Source of the DNA: a virus | Lineage: Duplodnaviria > Caudoviricetes | IMG/VR virus record: IMGVR_UViG_3300039171_000065 | Coordinates: 1-59,296 of that record | Direction: 5' to 3' (one strand) | DNA: 59,296 nt | Shown: one piece after another, positions 29,171-38,117 of the stretch | How the letters are laid out: every line of letters starts with the position of its first letter | Position numbering within the stretch: position 1 is the first letter of the stretch | Program-made: the position numbers and the translations under genes | Notes under the pieces: generated by a model | Database searches by the model: none | Told to the model about the DNA's origin: nothing | The model's input: only the letters and a program-made list of their open reading frames with translations

Positions 29171-30562
29171 ATGGAATCAATCGAAAATGTAATAATGCGT
29201 GGTCTTCTGTTTAACGATGACTACGCTTCAAAGGTCTATCCTTACCTAAAGGATGAATATTTTGATGGCACAATAAAGACTCTTTTTAACTCTTACGCAT
29301 ATCTCTTTGACAAGTACAACAAAAAACCTACCATGGAAGCCTTGCTACTATACTTGCAAAAGCTACCTTTAAACGAGGACGTGTTCAAAGACAGTGTTGG
29401 TGTTCTTGAAGAAATCTACAAAAACAGAAAAGAGGTTGTAGACTTTGATTGGTTGGTAGATGAAACAGAAGAGTATTGTTCTGATAAGGCTACCTACAAT
29501 GCCGTGTATGACAGTATTCAGATTCTTGAGGGCAATGATAAGAAGAGAGATAAACATTTTATTCCAGAGCTTCTAAGCGATGCTATATCAATTGGATTTG
29601 ATCAGGCATTGGGTTCTGATTACTTTGAGGATGCTGAATCAAGATATGCATATTATACGAATCCAGAATCTAAGTTGGCATTACCATTAGAGGCATTACA
29701 AATATTGACGAATGGTGGATTGCCGCCTAAGACGCTGAATGTGTTTTTGGCAGGCGTTAACATTGGTAAAAGTTCACTTATGTGTTTTCTTGCAGGGGAA
29801 TTAGTAAAGCAAGGAAAGAACGTTTTGTATGTTAGTGCGGAAATGAGTGAAGAAGCTCTATATGAACGTATTGATGCAAACCTTTTAGACGTAACAACAG
29901 ATCAATTAAAGAATCCAGAACTTGATAAAGAATGGTTCTTAGGCAGTCTAAAGAAGTTAAAGCAGCGTGGGGCTGGTCGATACTTTGCAAAAGAATACCC
30001 AACATCATCCGCTCATGCTGGACACATTAAACAATTACTAAAAGAGTTAAAGCAAAAGAAAAAGTTCAAACCTGATATTATATTTTTGGATTATATCAAT
30101 ATTTTCACAAGCTCAAGATACAAGACATTAAACGGGGTTAATTCTTATTCTTACATCAAAGCAATTTCAGAAGAAATGCGTGGGTTGGCAGTGGAAGAAT
30201 GTGTTCCTATTGTGTCAGCAACGCAGCTAAATCGTGATGGAATGTCAAGTTTACAACCAGACATGACAAACACATCAGAATCAATGGGGTTGCCAGCCTC
30301 TTGCGATTTTATGGCAGCTATTGTAACCAATGAAAACTTGATGGAATTGAATCAGCAGCTTATCATCCAATTGAAAACACGATACGGCGCAAAGACAAGC
30401 CAATCAAAATCTCAGTTAGTTGGTATTGACTTTTCAAAGATGCGGTATACTGATATTAATTCTATGGGGGGTTCTGAGCCTGAGTCTAAACCTATGCAAG
30501 ATGCAAAGAAAACCAAGGCAAAGTTTGAAAAGTCAAAAACAGAAGACTGGGTAATGGAATAA
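29171..30562 (+). CDS. gp41: Replicative DNA helicase
   Basis: AGVNIGKS, EMSEE, KEYPT, DYINI, SATQLNR, SESMGLP. Confidence 0.96.
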   Translation: MESIENVIMRGLLFNDDYASKVYPYLKDEYFDGTIKTLFNSYAYLFDKYNKKPTMEALLLYLQKLPLNEDVFKDSVGVLEEIYKNRKEVVDFDWLVDETEEYCSDKATYNAVYDSIQILEGNDKKRDKHFIPELLSDAISIGFDQALGSDYFEDAESRYAYYTNPESKLALPLEALQILTNGGLPPKTLNVFLAGVNIGKSSLMCFLAGELVKQGKNVLYVSAEMSEEALYERIDANLLDVTTDQLKNPELDKEWFLGSLKKLKQRGAGRYFAKEYPTSSAHAGHIKQLLKELKQKKKFKPDIIFLDYINIFTSSRYKTLNGVNSYSYIKAISEEMRGLAVEECVPIVSATQLNRDGMSSLQPDMTNTSESMGLPASCDFMAAIVTNENLMELNQQLIIQLKTRYGAKTSQSKSQLVGIDFSKMRYTDINSMGGSEPESKPMQDAKKTKAKFEKSKTEDWVME

Positions 30563-30603
30563 ATAGTGTTGACACAAAACAAACACACAGGATATAATTC
30601 ATA

Positions 30604-31650
30604 ATGCAGTCTTTCGATGACTTTTACAAACAAGAAACTCTAGATGAGGCGGATATCAAAGCCGCTATCACGGACAAAGCAAAAACAATGTCAGCAAACA
30701 TTGTGATGAAAGCAAAAAAAGTGTTTGCTGGCCTTGACTTTGAACGCAAAGAGACTATGTTCATGCTAGAGACTTTTTTCAAGAAATTGAAAGAGATGCT
30801 AAGCACAGAGAAGACGATTACTGACGAAGACGTGAAACGGGCGCTGAAACAGTTGGGGAATGTGGGCAAATTCTCTTTGATAGCACCCCTGTTCCTTTTA
30901 CCGGGAGGCGGAACCACTACAGCAGTATTGTACATGGCAGGCAAGAAGCTATTCAACATAAGCATTTTGCCACAGGGACTTGAACAGGTCTTTGAAACCA
31001 TGTCCAATCTGAAAGAATCACTAGCTCAAATGACACAAATAAACGAGGGAGTTATGAAAGAATTTTCAGAATGGGTTGACAACAAGCTAGAAGAGAGTTC
31101 ATTATCACGTATCTGGCGTCATGTCGAAGATCACCAAGCTGGCGCTATTTCTGGGTATCGTGATGAGAATGACAAATCACAGAATAAGCAAAACAATCGT
31201 GAGATTAAATCTTACTTGTCAAAACAGGGATATTCTATAACATCTGTACAAGGTAACTACATCGAAAACTTTGGCTCTAAGAACGCGAGAGAGGTCGGTG
31301 AACCATCTTTCTTTGTAGTTGATATGAATGATAGCGGTAAGCTAGAACGCGATCTGGTTGCTCTAGGAAAACGGTTTGATCAAGATTCTGTGCTGATTGT
31401 TCCACAAGGTGGTAAAGGCGCTTACTTGATCGGAACATCAAAACGAGATGATTCTTTTCCAGCACTAGGCAATCGTGAGGTTGTAGGAAATTCTAGATAT
31501 GGTAAGGTAGCAGGTCAATTTCTTTCAAGAATTGGTGGGCGTGAATTTGCCTTTGAATCCGAAGAAGTAAAGCTTCCTTCTACTGTAAATGGAAAACGCG
31601 GGTGGTCAATTCTGGCCGACAAAGTTGAAGATCAACTTTTTAATCTATAA
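30604..31650 (+). CDS. Two-module hypothetical protein, probable internal head protein
   Basis: MQSFDDFYKQE start; second start-like MKEFSEW at 31054 with its own RBS; ESSLSRI...QDSVL domain. Confidence 0.7.
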   Translation: MQSFDDFYKQETLDEADIKAAITDKAKTMSANIVMKAKKVFAGLDFERKETMFMLETFFKKLKEMLSTEKTITDEDVKRALKQLGNVGKFSLIAPLFLLPGGGTTTAVLYMAGKKLFNISILPQGLEQVFETMSNLKESLAQMTQINEGVMKEFSEWVDNKLEESSLSRIWRHVEDHQAGAISGYRDENDKSQNKQNNREIKSYLSKQGYSITSVQGNYIENFGSKNAREVGEPSFFVVDMNDSGKLERDLVALGKRFDQDSVLIVPQGGKGAYLIGTSKRDDSFPALGNREVVGNSRYGKVAGQFLSRIGGREFAFESEEVKLPSTVNGKRGWSILADKVEDQLFNL

Positions 31651-31661
31651 AGGAAATATGA

Positions 31662-31979
31662 ATGTCTGATCAAATTGAAATTAACATCCCTAGCTCAGAA
31701 GAGCATCGCAAAGACATTTTCAAAGCAATCGAACAAATGTCTGACGCAATGACTCGAATGAAAGCCGAAGGGGAATACATTAAAGAAACGAAGAAGTTTA
31801 TCAAAGAGACTTACGAAATTGACCCGAAGTGGATTTCAAAGACCTTGAAAGACTTTCATGATGACAAATTTGATAAGACTGTGAAAGAGTTTGAAGAGTA
31901 CGAAGCCTTCTATGAAACCATTGTTAACATGAAAAACAATGCTACAGGCGACGACGAAACACCAGCATTTGACGATTAA
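31662..31979 (+). CDS. DsbA-like dsDNA-binding protein
   Basis: Pattern SDAMTRM.AE..YIKE...L..FH...F...V.E.EE.EAFYE matches the T4 DsbA family. Confidence 0.75.
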   Translation: MSDQIEINIPSSEEHRKDIFKAIEQMSDAMTRMKAEGEYIKETKKFIKETYEIDPKWISKTLKDFHDDKFDKTVKEFEEYEAFYETIVNMKNNATGDDETPAFDD

Positions 31980-31986
31980 AAACAAA

Positions 31987-32014
31987 AAAGGGGGCTTGCA
32001 AGAGTCCCTTTTTT
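31987..32014 (+). terminator. Terminator of the GGGGCTTGCAA family
   Basis: GGGGCTTGCAAGAGTCCC + T-run; same family at 35492, 36574, 37241, 49459. Confidence 0.8.
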
Positions 32015-32046
32015 CTTGTTTATAAAGCAGAGAGATTTCCGATAAG

Positions 32047-33192
32047 ATGATCAATAACACAATACAACAGATATTAGCAAAAGAGCAGTTCAGACAAACA
32101 AACACTATAGAATTGATAGCAAGCGAAAACTTTGTTAGTGACGCAGTAATGCAACTAAATGGAAGCGTATTCACTAACAAGTATGCGGAGGGATATTCTG
32201 GAAAAAGATACTATAATGGCTGCGAATATGTTGACGAAATTGAAGACTTGGCAATCGACAAATTAAAAATACTATTCGGTTGTAGTTACGCCAATGTTCA
32301 ACCACATTGTGGAGCCAACGCAAATACAGCAGTCTTTCAGGCATTTTTAAAACCCAATGATGTCATATTAGGAATGGATTTAGCAAGCGGTGGTCATCTG
32401 TCACATGGATCACCACCTAACATATCTGGTAAAATTTACAATGCATTCAGTTATGGAGTAGACAAAAATGGATGGATTGACTATGGCGAAGTTGAACGTC
32501 TTGCCAATAAACATCTTCCAAAAATGATAATATGTGGAGCTAGTGCCTACCCAAGACAAATAGACTTTATGCGCTTTAGAGCTATAGCGGATTCTGTAGG
32601 GGCTTTTTTGTTAGCTGATATATCTCACTACTCTGGACTAATTGTAGGTGGTGTTTATGGAAGTCCGGTGGGTATTGCTGATGTGATTACATCAACCACA
32701 CACAAAACTCTAAGAGGGCCGCGTGGTGGTATTATTATGTGGAACGATGAAAGATACACTCGAAAGATCAACAGCGCGATTTTTCCGGGGACACAAGGCG
32801 GGCCAATGATGAACACAATATCAGCCAAAGCACAGTGTTTTATTGAAGCAGACACAGAATCGTTTAGAAAGTATGCGCGTAAAGTGGTTGATAACGCAAA
32901 AGCGATGTGTGGGGTCTTTGAAAATCTTGGTCTAAAAACCTTGACGAATGGTACAGATTCGCACATAATACTCTTAGACCTAAGCGATAGCAGATATTCT
33001 GGAAAGGAAGCTGCTAACCTTTTAGAAGAACATGGAATAACAGTTAATAAAAATGGAATACCCAATGATTCAAGGTCTTTTGTCGAAACATCGGGTATCA
33101 GGTTAGGGACAGCAGCAGAAACAACACGAGGACATGATACACAATGGTTTGAAAAGCTTTCTGAAAGGATTGTTAAAATTTTAGAAAATTAA
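32047..33192 (+). CDS. glyA: Serine hydroxymethyltransferase
   Basis: IELIASEN, NKYAEGY..KRYY.GC, NVQPH.G, GGHLSHG, TSTTHKTLRGPRGG (PLP Lys), FPG.QGGP, SGIRLGT. Confidence 0.97.
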   Translation: MINNTIQQILAKEQFRQTNTIELIASENFVSDAVMQLNGSVFTNKYAEGYSGKRYYNGCEYVDEIEDLAIDKLKILFGCSYANVQPHCGANANTAVFQAFLKPNDVILGMDLASGGHLSHGSPPNISGKIYNAFSYGVDKNGWIDYGEVERLANKHLPKMIICGASAYPRQIDFMRFRAIADSVGAFLLADISHYSGLIVGGVYGSPVGIADVITSTTHKTLRGPRGGIIMWNDERYTRKINSAIFPGTQGGPMMNTISAKAQCFIEADTESFRKYARKVVDNAKAMCGVFENLGLKTLTNGTDSHIILLDLSDSRYSGKEAANLLEEHGITVNKNGIPNDSRSFVETSGIRLGTAAETTRGHDTQWFEKLSERIVKILEN

Positions 33193-33195
33193 ATC

Positions 33196-33263
33196 TTGAC
33201 GCACAACCCTCAGTATGAGATAATGCATTTGTACTGAGGGAATAACCAATTAGGAGATTGAAT
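33196..33263 (+). promoter_or_regulatory. Early promoter/RBS cassette with palindromic arms
   Basis: TTGACG-17-GATAAT; CCCTCAGTA-16-TACTGAGGG; TAGGAGATT. Confidence 0.8.
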
Positions 33264-33458
33264 ATGAACATTACCAAAAGTCAGAAAAAGACGATTGATG
33301 ATCTAGTAAAATATCAAAAAGTTACCATCAAAAGAGTCAAAAATTGCGAGTTTAGTAGTAGAGTAAAAGTTTATGTTGTAGCTACTGAATTTTTAGCTTA
33401 TAATCTTTACATAGGGAAGCGTGGAAAGATATTTGAAACAGAAAGTGGTGAATATTGA
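33264..33458 (+). CDS. Small early hypothetical protein
   Basis: Directly follows the cassette RBS. Confidence 0.7.
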   Translation: MNITKSQKKTIDDLVKYQKVTIKRVKNCEFSSRVKVYVVATEFLAYNLYIGKRGKIFETESGEY

Positions 33459-33495
33459 TTTTAGAAATTTAGAAAACACTAGGAGATTAAGAATT

Positions 33496-33699
33496 ATGAA
33501 ACCCGTTATGTTCTTTACCGATGACATTACCATTAACACACACTCTGCAACAAACAAATCACATTTGGGATTAATGAGTATAGGTGATTTTATTGAGTCA
33601 ATTGATATTCCGTTGATTAGAGTTTTTGAATTAGAAAGCGGCGAACTTCACATTGAAGCTGTTGCTACTAACGATTTCATGACTGGATATGTAATATGA
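33496..33699 (+). CDS. Small hypothetical protein
   Basis: TAGGAGATT RBS. Confidence 0.65.
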   Translation: MKPVMFFTDDITINTHSATNKSHLGLMSIGDFIESIDIPLIRVFELESGELHIEAVATNDFMTGYVI

Positions 33700-33962
33700 A
33701 AAATTTTGATAGGCTGATTAATGACGAATCATTCAAGTTCGAAACTAAAACTATTAACAAAGTAACATTCCTCGATTTCTTGTATGAAAAAGAAGCCGAA
33801 CGATTCCTTAAATATCTCGGAGTAAAAGCAAGGTTACTTATGACAGATGATGAAAGTAGCCTTATTGAACTAAGTGATGTTGTTTCATCTGAAAAGTTTA
33901 AAGATGATTGGGAGAATAAAATTTCAGAATTTACTAGACACACTAACTCAGTTATGAAATAA
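33696..33962 (+). CDS. Small hypothetical protein
   Basis: ATGA-coupled. Confidence 0.65.
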   Translation: MKNFDRLINDESFKFETKTINKVTFLDFLYEKEAERFLKYLGVKARLLMTDDESSLIELSDVVSSEKFKDDWENKISEFTRHTNSVMK

Positions 33963-34016
33963 TACTTGTGTTGAGTAAAGGGGGACTTCCCCAAAATTGA
34001 AACTAGGAGTTATATT

Positions 34017-34367
34017 ATGACTTACACAGATATTGATTCAGGCATTGCCGCTTACATTGATTTCATGGTTGCTGATTATGCGGCATGGACAAACCGTTCA
34101 CCCGCTGATCGCCCTGATTTTGCAAAAGAGCGTATTGAAGAGTTTAAAAATTCTTTCTCGGTTCGTGTTGGTAAGAAGTACATCAAGATCATTGGCAACA
34201 GTTCAGTTAAAGCGTTTGTTGTGAATTCAGATGACGACAAAATGTTCAAGAAAGGGGACATACTGAAAGCCGCTGGTTGGGCTGCTCCTGCTAGAAACAG
34301 TGCTAGGGGAAACGTGTTGGAAGGTAAGTTCAGCGGAGGATGGACAGGGCCATCAAGTTTAAAATAA
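34017..34367 (+). CDS. Conserved phage hypothetical protein
   Basis: GKKYIKI...GDILKAAGW.APARNSARGN...WTGP; TAGGAG RBS. Confidence 0.8.
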   Translation: MTYTDIDSGIAAYIDFMVADYAAWTNRSPADRPDFAKERIEEFKNSFSVRVGKKYIKIIGNSSVKAFVVNSDDDKMFKKGDILKAAGWAAPARNSARGNVLEGKFSGGWTGPSSLK

Positions 34368-34391
34368 AATCTAAGTAAGAATAAGGGAAAA

Positions 34392-35135
34392 TTAAACTTC
34401 CTTATTCTTCATTTTACAATTATGATTATGCCATTTTTCATAAGCATTAATAGAAATCATCTGATTGCAATGTTCGCATAACTTCTTGGGTCTTTTCTTA
34501 TGAATATCTGATTGTTTCTTAATCGTTTCTTTACTATGCTTTCTTCCTTTTGATGTTATTTTAGATTTTTCTGATAATATTTTTTTTGTTTCTTCTGTAT
34601 GAGTCCTCCCATAAAACCCGTTATTTTTTCCAGAAGAAGCAGAGCTTATCTTATCCTTACTCTCTTTTGTGTGAGTCTTACCATAAAATGGATTATTTTC
34701 TCCAATCCTAATTAATCTTAATTTTTCTTTATGTTCATCCGACAACAATTTACCAGAAAAGTTAAAAGCAAATCCGTTGTACCCGATGTTTAAATAATCA
34801 TCACTCTTTATAGAATTGTTGTCTATAAGAATAATTCCTTCTAAGTAAATAGCATCTATATTTCTATAGCAAGGAATTATCTCTAAAATTGTGAATGAGT
34901 TTTTATCATTCTTCCATTTGTCTTTTATGTTTTTTGATGAAGTGAAATATATATTGCCAAGATCACTTTCTAAACACTTTTTTCCTCTATACATTACTCT
35001 ATAACCAACATATTTCTTTTTTGTAGTATTTTCCAAAATTATATAAACAAATGGTTCGTATATCCCATCTTCTCTGTGATAAATTTTATCAGATACTTTT
35101 TCATCAATATTAATTTTAAATATTTTATCATTCAT
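34392..35135 (-). CDS. GIY-YIG homing endonuclease with NUMOD3 repeats
   Basis: FVYI...KKYVG.R, YFTSS, YLN; NPFYGKTHT.E, NGFYGRTHTEE, GRKHSKET; C-terminal CEHC; TATAAATA on the minus strand at 35168-35175. Confidence 0.88.
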   Translation of the reverse strand: MNDKIFKINIDEKVSDKIYHREDGIYEPFVYIILENTTKKKYVGYRVMYRGKKCLESDLGNIYFTSSKNIKDKWKNDKNSFTILEIIPCYRNIDAIYLEGIILIDNNSIKSDDYLNIGYNGFAFNFSGKLLSDEHKEKLRLIRIGENNPFYGKTHTKESKDKISSASSGKNNGFYGRTHTEETKKILSEKSKITSKGRKHSKETIKKQSDIHKKRPKKLCEHCNQMISINAYEKWHNHNCKMKNKEV

Positions 35136-35220
35136 TTGATTGACACCCCGAAGATTATGCTTTACTATATTTATAAGGATTAAGTTTCTATGGACAGGCC
35201 CAGAGTATCTTCGATAATAA

Positions 35221-35481
35221 ATGAAGAATTTGGGAGTTATGACACTCCCAAATTCAAACATAGAGAAATTACATAGTATGAAAAAATCATCAAGTAAAAA
35301 AGAGTTGCAAAGGCTTATTGAAACTGATATGGTTGATACGTACAACGGGGAAAACGCAGTAAGCTTTACCGTTGGGGTGCCAGTTGGTGAACGTGCTTTC
35401 TTTAGCGCCTCAATAGCCGCAGACAGCGGTTCATATGGCGAAAGCGGTGGTGTGGGTCTAACTTTCCAACTACCAAAATAA
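35221..35481 (+). CDS. Small ORF with a YadA-anchor-like C-terminus (possible remnant)
   Basis: YNGENAVSFTVG...FFSASIAADSG...GGVGLTFQL. Confidence 0.35.
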   Translation: MKNLGVMTLPNSNIEKLHSMKKSSSKKELQRLIETDMVDTYNGENAVSFTVGVPVGERAFFSASIAADSGSYGESGGVGLTFQLPK

Positions 35482-35491
35482 GAAAAACGAA

Positions 35492-35567
35492 AGGGGCTTG
35501 CAAGAGTCCCTTTTTTCGTTTATACTGGTTTCAGAAATTGAGAAAACAACCAATTAGGAGATTGAAA
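35492..35567 (+). promoter_or_regulatory. Terminator-promoter-RBS cassette
   Basis: Hairpin containing TTGCAA, 17-nt spacer including the T-run, TATACT, TAGGAGATT. Confidence 0.8.
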
Positions 35568-35840
35568 ATGAAAAACTTTGAAATTGTTGCACTTGTTCTG
35601 ATCGAAGATCATCTTGAAAAGATCGTTTCTGGTGATATCAAAATGAATGTGTCGAACCAGTTTGATGAATCTGTGTGTGAAAGCGCCATAGAGGTACTTA
35701 ACAGCGGTGATCGTGTTGTACTTGATAAACTGATAGAGATGTATAAAGACGCCGGTACAGAGTACCTGACAGCGATGAGTCTAGCACACAATATTTCAGC
35801 ATTCGAAGCACCTGAAATTTCAAGTGCATGGACAGACTAG
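35568..35840 (+). CDS. Hypothetical early protein
   Basis: Follows the cassette RBS. Confidence 0.75.
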   Translation: MKNFEIVALVLIEDHLEKIVSGDIKMNVSNQFDESVCESAIEVLNSGDRVVLDKLIEMYKDAGTEYLTAMSLAHNISAFEAPEISSAWTD

Positions 35841-35850
35841 GAGAAAAATT

Positions 35851-36159
35851 ATGACTGATGAAGAAAGAGCTTTGATTCAAGAAGAAACCCGTAGGGTAGT
35901 TTGTGCCGCCAATAAAACAAAAAACGGCACAGTCCTTTTGGGAGCTAGACACTGGGATACGTGGATGGTTAAACAAGCCGACTTACAAGGAATTCGAGGC
36001 GGTAATGAAGAACAGGGTTTCATTGATCAGTATGGAAACTTTTTGACAAGAAAAGAAGCTTGGGCAATTGCTAAACGACAAAATCAGATTATGCGATACG
36101 TCGGTAATCAATCAAGCGAAAGCGTAGATGACATTCTTTGGTCGGAGAACTTATACTAA
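35851..36159 (+). CDS. Conserved phage hypothetical protein
   Basis: VVCAAN...GARH.D...QGFIDQYGNFLTR.EAW...L.SENLY. Confidence 0.8.
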   Translation: MTDEERALIQEETRRVVCAANKTKNGTVLLGARHWDTWMVKQADLQGIRGGNEEQGFIDQYGNFLTRKEAWAIAKRQNQIMRYVGNQSSESVDDILWSENLY

Positions 36160-36331
36160 TGAAATGGGATTTAACAGGTAAGTGAATTATATCAAATCGT
36201 CTTGGAAAAGCTACATTCAAAGTTCAGGTTAGAAAAACATCTGAGTTTGGCATCGGTAATTGGGATTACAAATGGCGACGGGTAAAATAGAGGACATTCA
36301 AGAATTGCACTTGATGTACAACGGATCATAA
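36159..36331 (+). pseudogene. Degraded small gene
   Basis: MKWDLTGK*IISNRLGK...KWRR with in-frame TGA at 36183 and an apparent frameshift near 36280. Confidence 0.4.
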
Positions 36332-36367
36332 ATAGATTACATAGTAATCAACTACAGGAAAGCTACT

Positions 36368-36565
36368 ATGAAACCGTTTAAGCAATTTTTAAGTGAAGCA
36401 GAAGACAAAAACACCAAAGGTGATGATAAAGCATACCAAGCATTCTTTAATAAGATGCTAAAAAAGTATGACGCAAAATCACCAGAAGACCTATCAGACG
36501 AAGATAAAAAATCATTTTACGATGAAGTGGATAAAAAATGGAAAGCTGACAACGAATCAGATTAA
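36368..36565 (+). CDS. Small late protein with capsid-targeting-like N-terminus
   Basis: CATAAATA at 36327-36334; MKPFKQFLSE. Confidence 0.8.
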   Translation: MKPFKQFLSEAEDKNTKGDDKAYQAFFNKMLKKYDAKSPEDLSDEDKKSFYDEVDKKWKADNESD

Positions 36566-36635
36566 TTTCAACAGGGGGCTTGCAAAAGCCCTTTTTTATG
36601 TTTAGGATATAGGTAAATCAATTGAGGAACACTTT

Positions 36636-36905
36636 ATGACATTACTGAATGAGCTACCTACCATTATTGATGAAGCTGGAACCTACCTCACTCGCTCGGG
36701 TGATACAGTTCGGATTCATGAAGTAAAACAGAACAGCAATCCAGAAAAAACCTCATTCGATGCAAACGGAACAGTTCGATATCTGAAAGAGGGTAATTTT
36801 CGATATACTCAAAAATTTAATATCTGGCATGTTAGTGGTCGATTGTCTCTCTTTTCTATTAGTGAACATGACATTGTTAGTAAGAAAATGATTGCTCTCC
36901 AATAG
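36636..36905 (+). CDS. Hypothetical early protein
   Basis: After terminator-promoter cassette 36574-36608; GAGGA RBS. Confidence 0.7.
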   Translation: MTLLNELPTIIDEAGTYLTRSGDTVRIHEVKQNSNPEKTSFDANGTVRYLKEGNFRYTQKFNIWHVSGRLSLFSISEHDIVSKKMIALQ

Positions 36906-36958
36906 AAATACTGATACAATACACTGTACTGAGAAATTAACTAGGAGATACAAGAGTT

Positions 36959-37231
36959 ATGGACTACACAAGCAAATTTTTCAAAAACAACTCAGTTTTC
37001 AAGTCAATGGCTGAAACCGAATACTTTAAGTGGTTGATGTCCAATAAATTTGATAACATCAATGCAATCACCACAAAATCAAAGTTCCTGAGTGAAGTCT
37101 ACGGATTTGTGAAAGGCGTAGATCGAATCAGTTCTGATGCTTTAAAAGCAATGAAAGCTATTGAAGGATTCTACTTTGACTTTTACGTGTTGAAGAAAGG
37201 CAAATACGCAACTACTCGGGATGTATATTAA
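36959..37231 (+). CDS. Hypothetical protein
   Basis: TAGGAGA RBS after a partial cassette. Confidence 0.7.
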   Translation: MDYTSKFFKNNSVFKSMAETEYFKWLMSNKFDNINAITTKSKFLSEVYGFVKGVDRISSDALKAMKAIEGFYFDFYVLKKGKYATTRDVY

Positions 37232-37313
37232 TTTCACACAGGGGCTTGCAAAAGCCCTTTTTTTATTGCTACAATGGTTGTGTTGAATAAGGAAACACAC
37301 AGGAGATTGAGAT

Positions 37314-37601
37314 ATGAACGACACACTTTTTTCAGACATTCTACGCACGTACCTAATCCGCGACAACGGTTTCACCGAGATCGAAGCCAACAACGAAATC
37401 TACTACATCATGTACATGATCGGAACAGAAGAACTCTCTGTTAGCACTGATTTGCGATTTGGTAATACAGCCTACGTTTTTCCAACTATCGCTCGTTATA
37501 AAATGAATTTCTCAATTGCTATGAAAAAGATGAACCGTGGCGAGAAAATGAAAGTTGCCCAGTCTATCAACAACGCACTAAATCACTCAGCAGGTTATTA
37601 A
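37314..37601 (+). CDS. Hypothetical early protein
   Basis: After terminator-promoter cassette 37241-37275; CAGGAGATT RBS. Confidence 0.75.
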   Translation: MNDTLFSDILRTYLIRDNGFTEIEANNEIYYIMYMIGTEELSVSTDLRFGNTAYVFPTIARYKMNFSIAMKKMNRGEKMKVAQSINNALNHSAGY

Positions 37602-37603
37602 AA

Positions 37604-38116
37604 ATGAAAAAGTCTATGATCTTTGCAAGTATGTTACTCGCAGCAAACGTGAATGCTTATGAGTATAAGAATATAAAATCAACAAGCCAAACAGAAGGGA
37701 ATGCTCAATTTCTCGCAACCGTTATTAAATTTGAAAGCACAGACCTAAGCTCTATCCAGATGATCAAAGCCAAACAAAACTTTGCTAGGTGTAGTATTGA
37801 TGAGGCGGCAAAGGATGTTATTGAGGCTGGATTGGGATTCGAAGTTCTTTCTTCTATATCTCAGATGATATATAAGTATCATGTGTATGGTGACATCAAC
37901 CGTGATTTTAAAATGCAGCGATCCGATGTTGTTTATGTAGAGGAACTTAATTTCCGATGCATTGATGAAACACCAGACAAAGAAAGCACCATATTCTCAT
38001 ATGTCATGTCATCGTCAATGTTCAAAGCCGAGTGTTCGGATAATCCAAAATGTTTCATGCCAAAAAAGTTAAAATATTTTGAAACATTGAAAACCAAATA
38101 TAATATAGGAAATTGA
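37604..38116 (+). CDS. Putative exported protein
   Basis: Signal peptide MKKSMIFASMLLAANVNA; four Cys. Confidence 0.7.
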   Translation: MKKSMIFASMLLAANVNAYEYKNIKSTSQTEGNAQFLATVIKFESTDLSSIQMIKAKQNFARCSIDEAAKDVIEAGLGFEVLSSISQMIYKYHVYGDINRDFKMQRSDVVYVEELNFRCIDETPDKESTIFSYVMSSSMFKAECSDNPKCFMPKKLKYFETLKTKYNIGN

Positions 38117-38117
38117 T

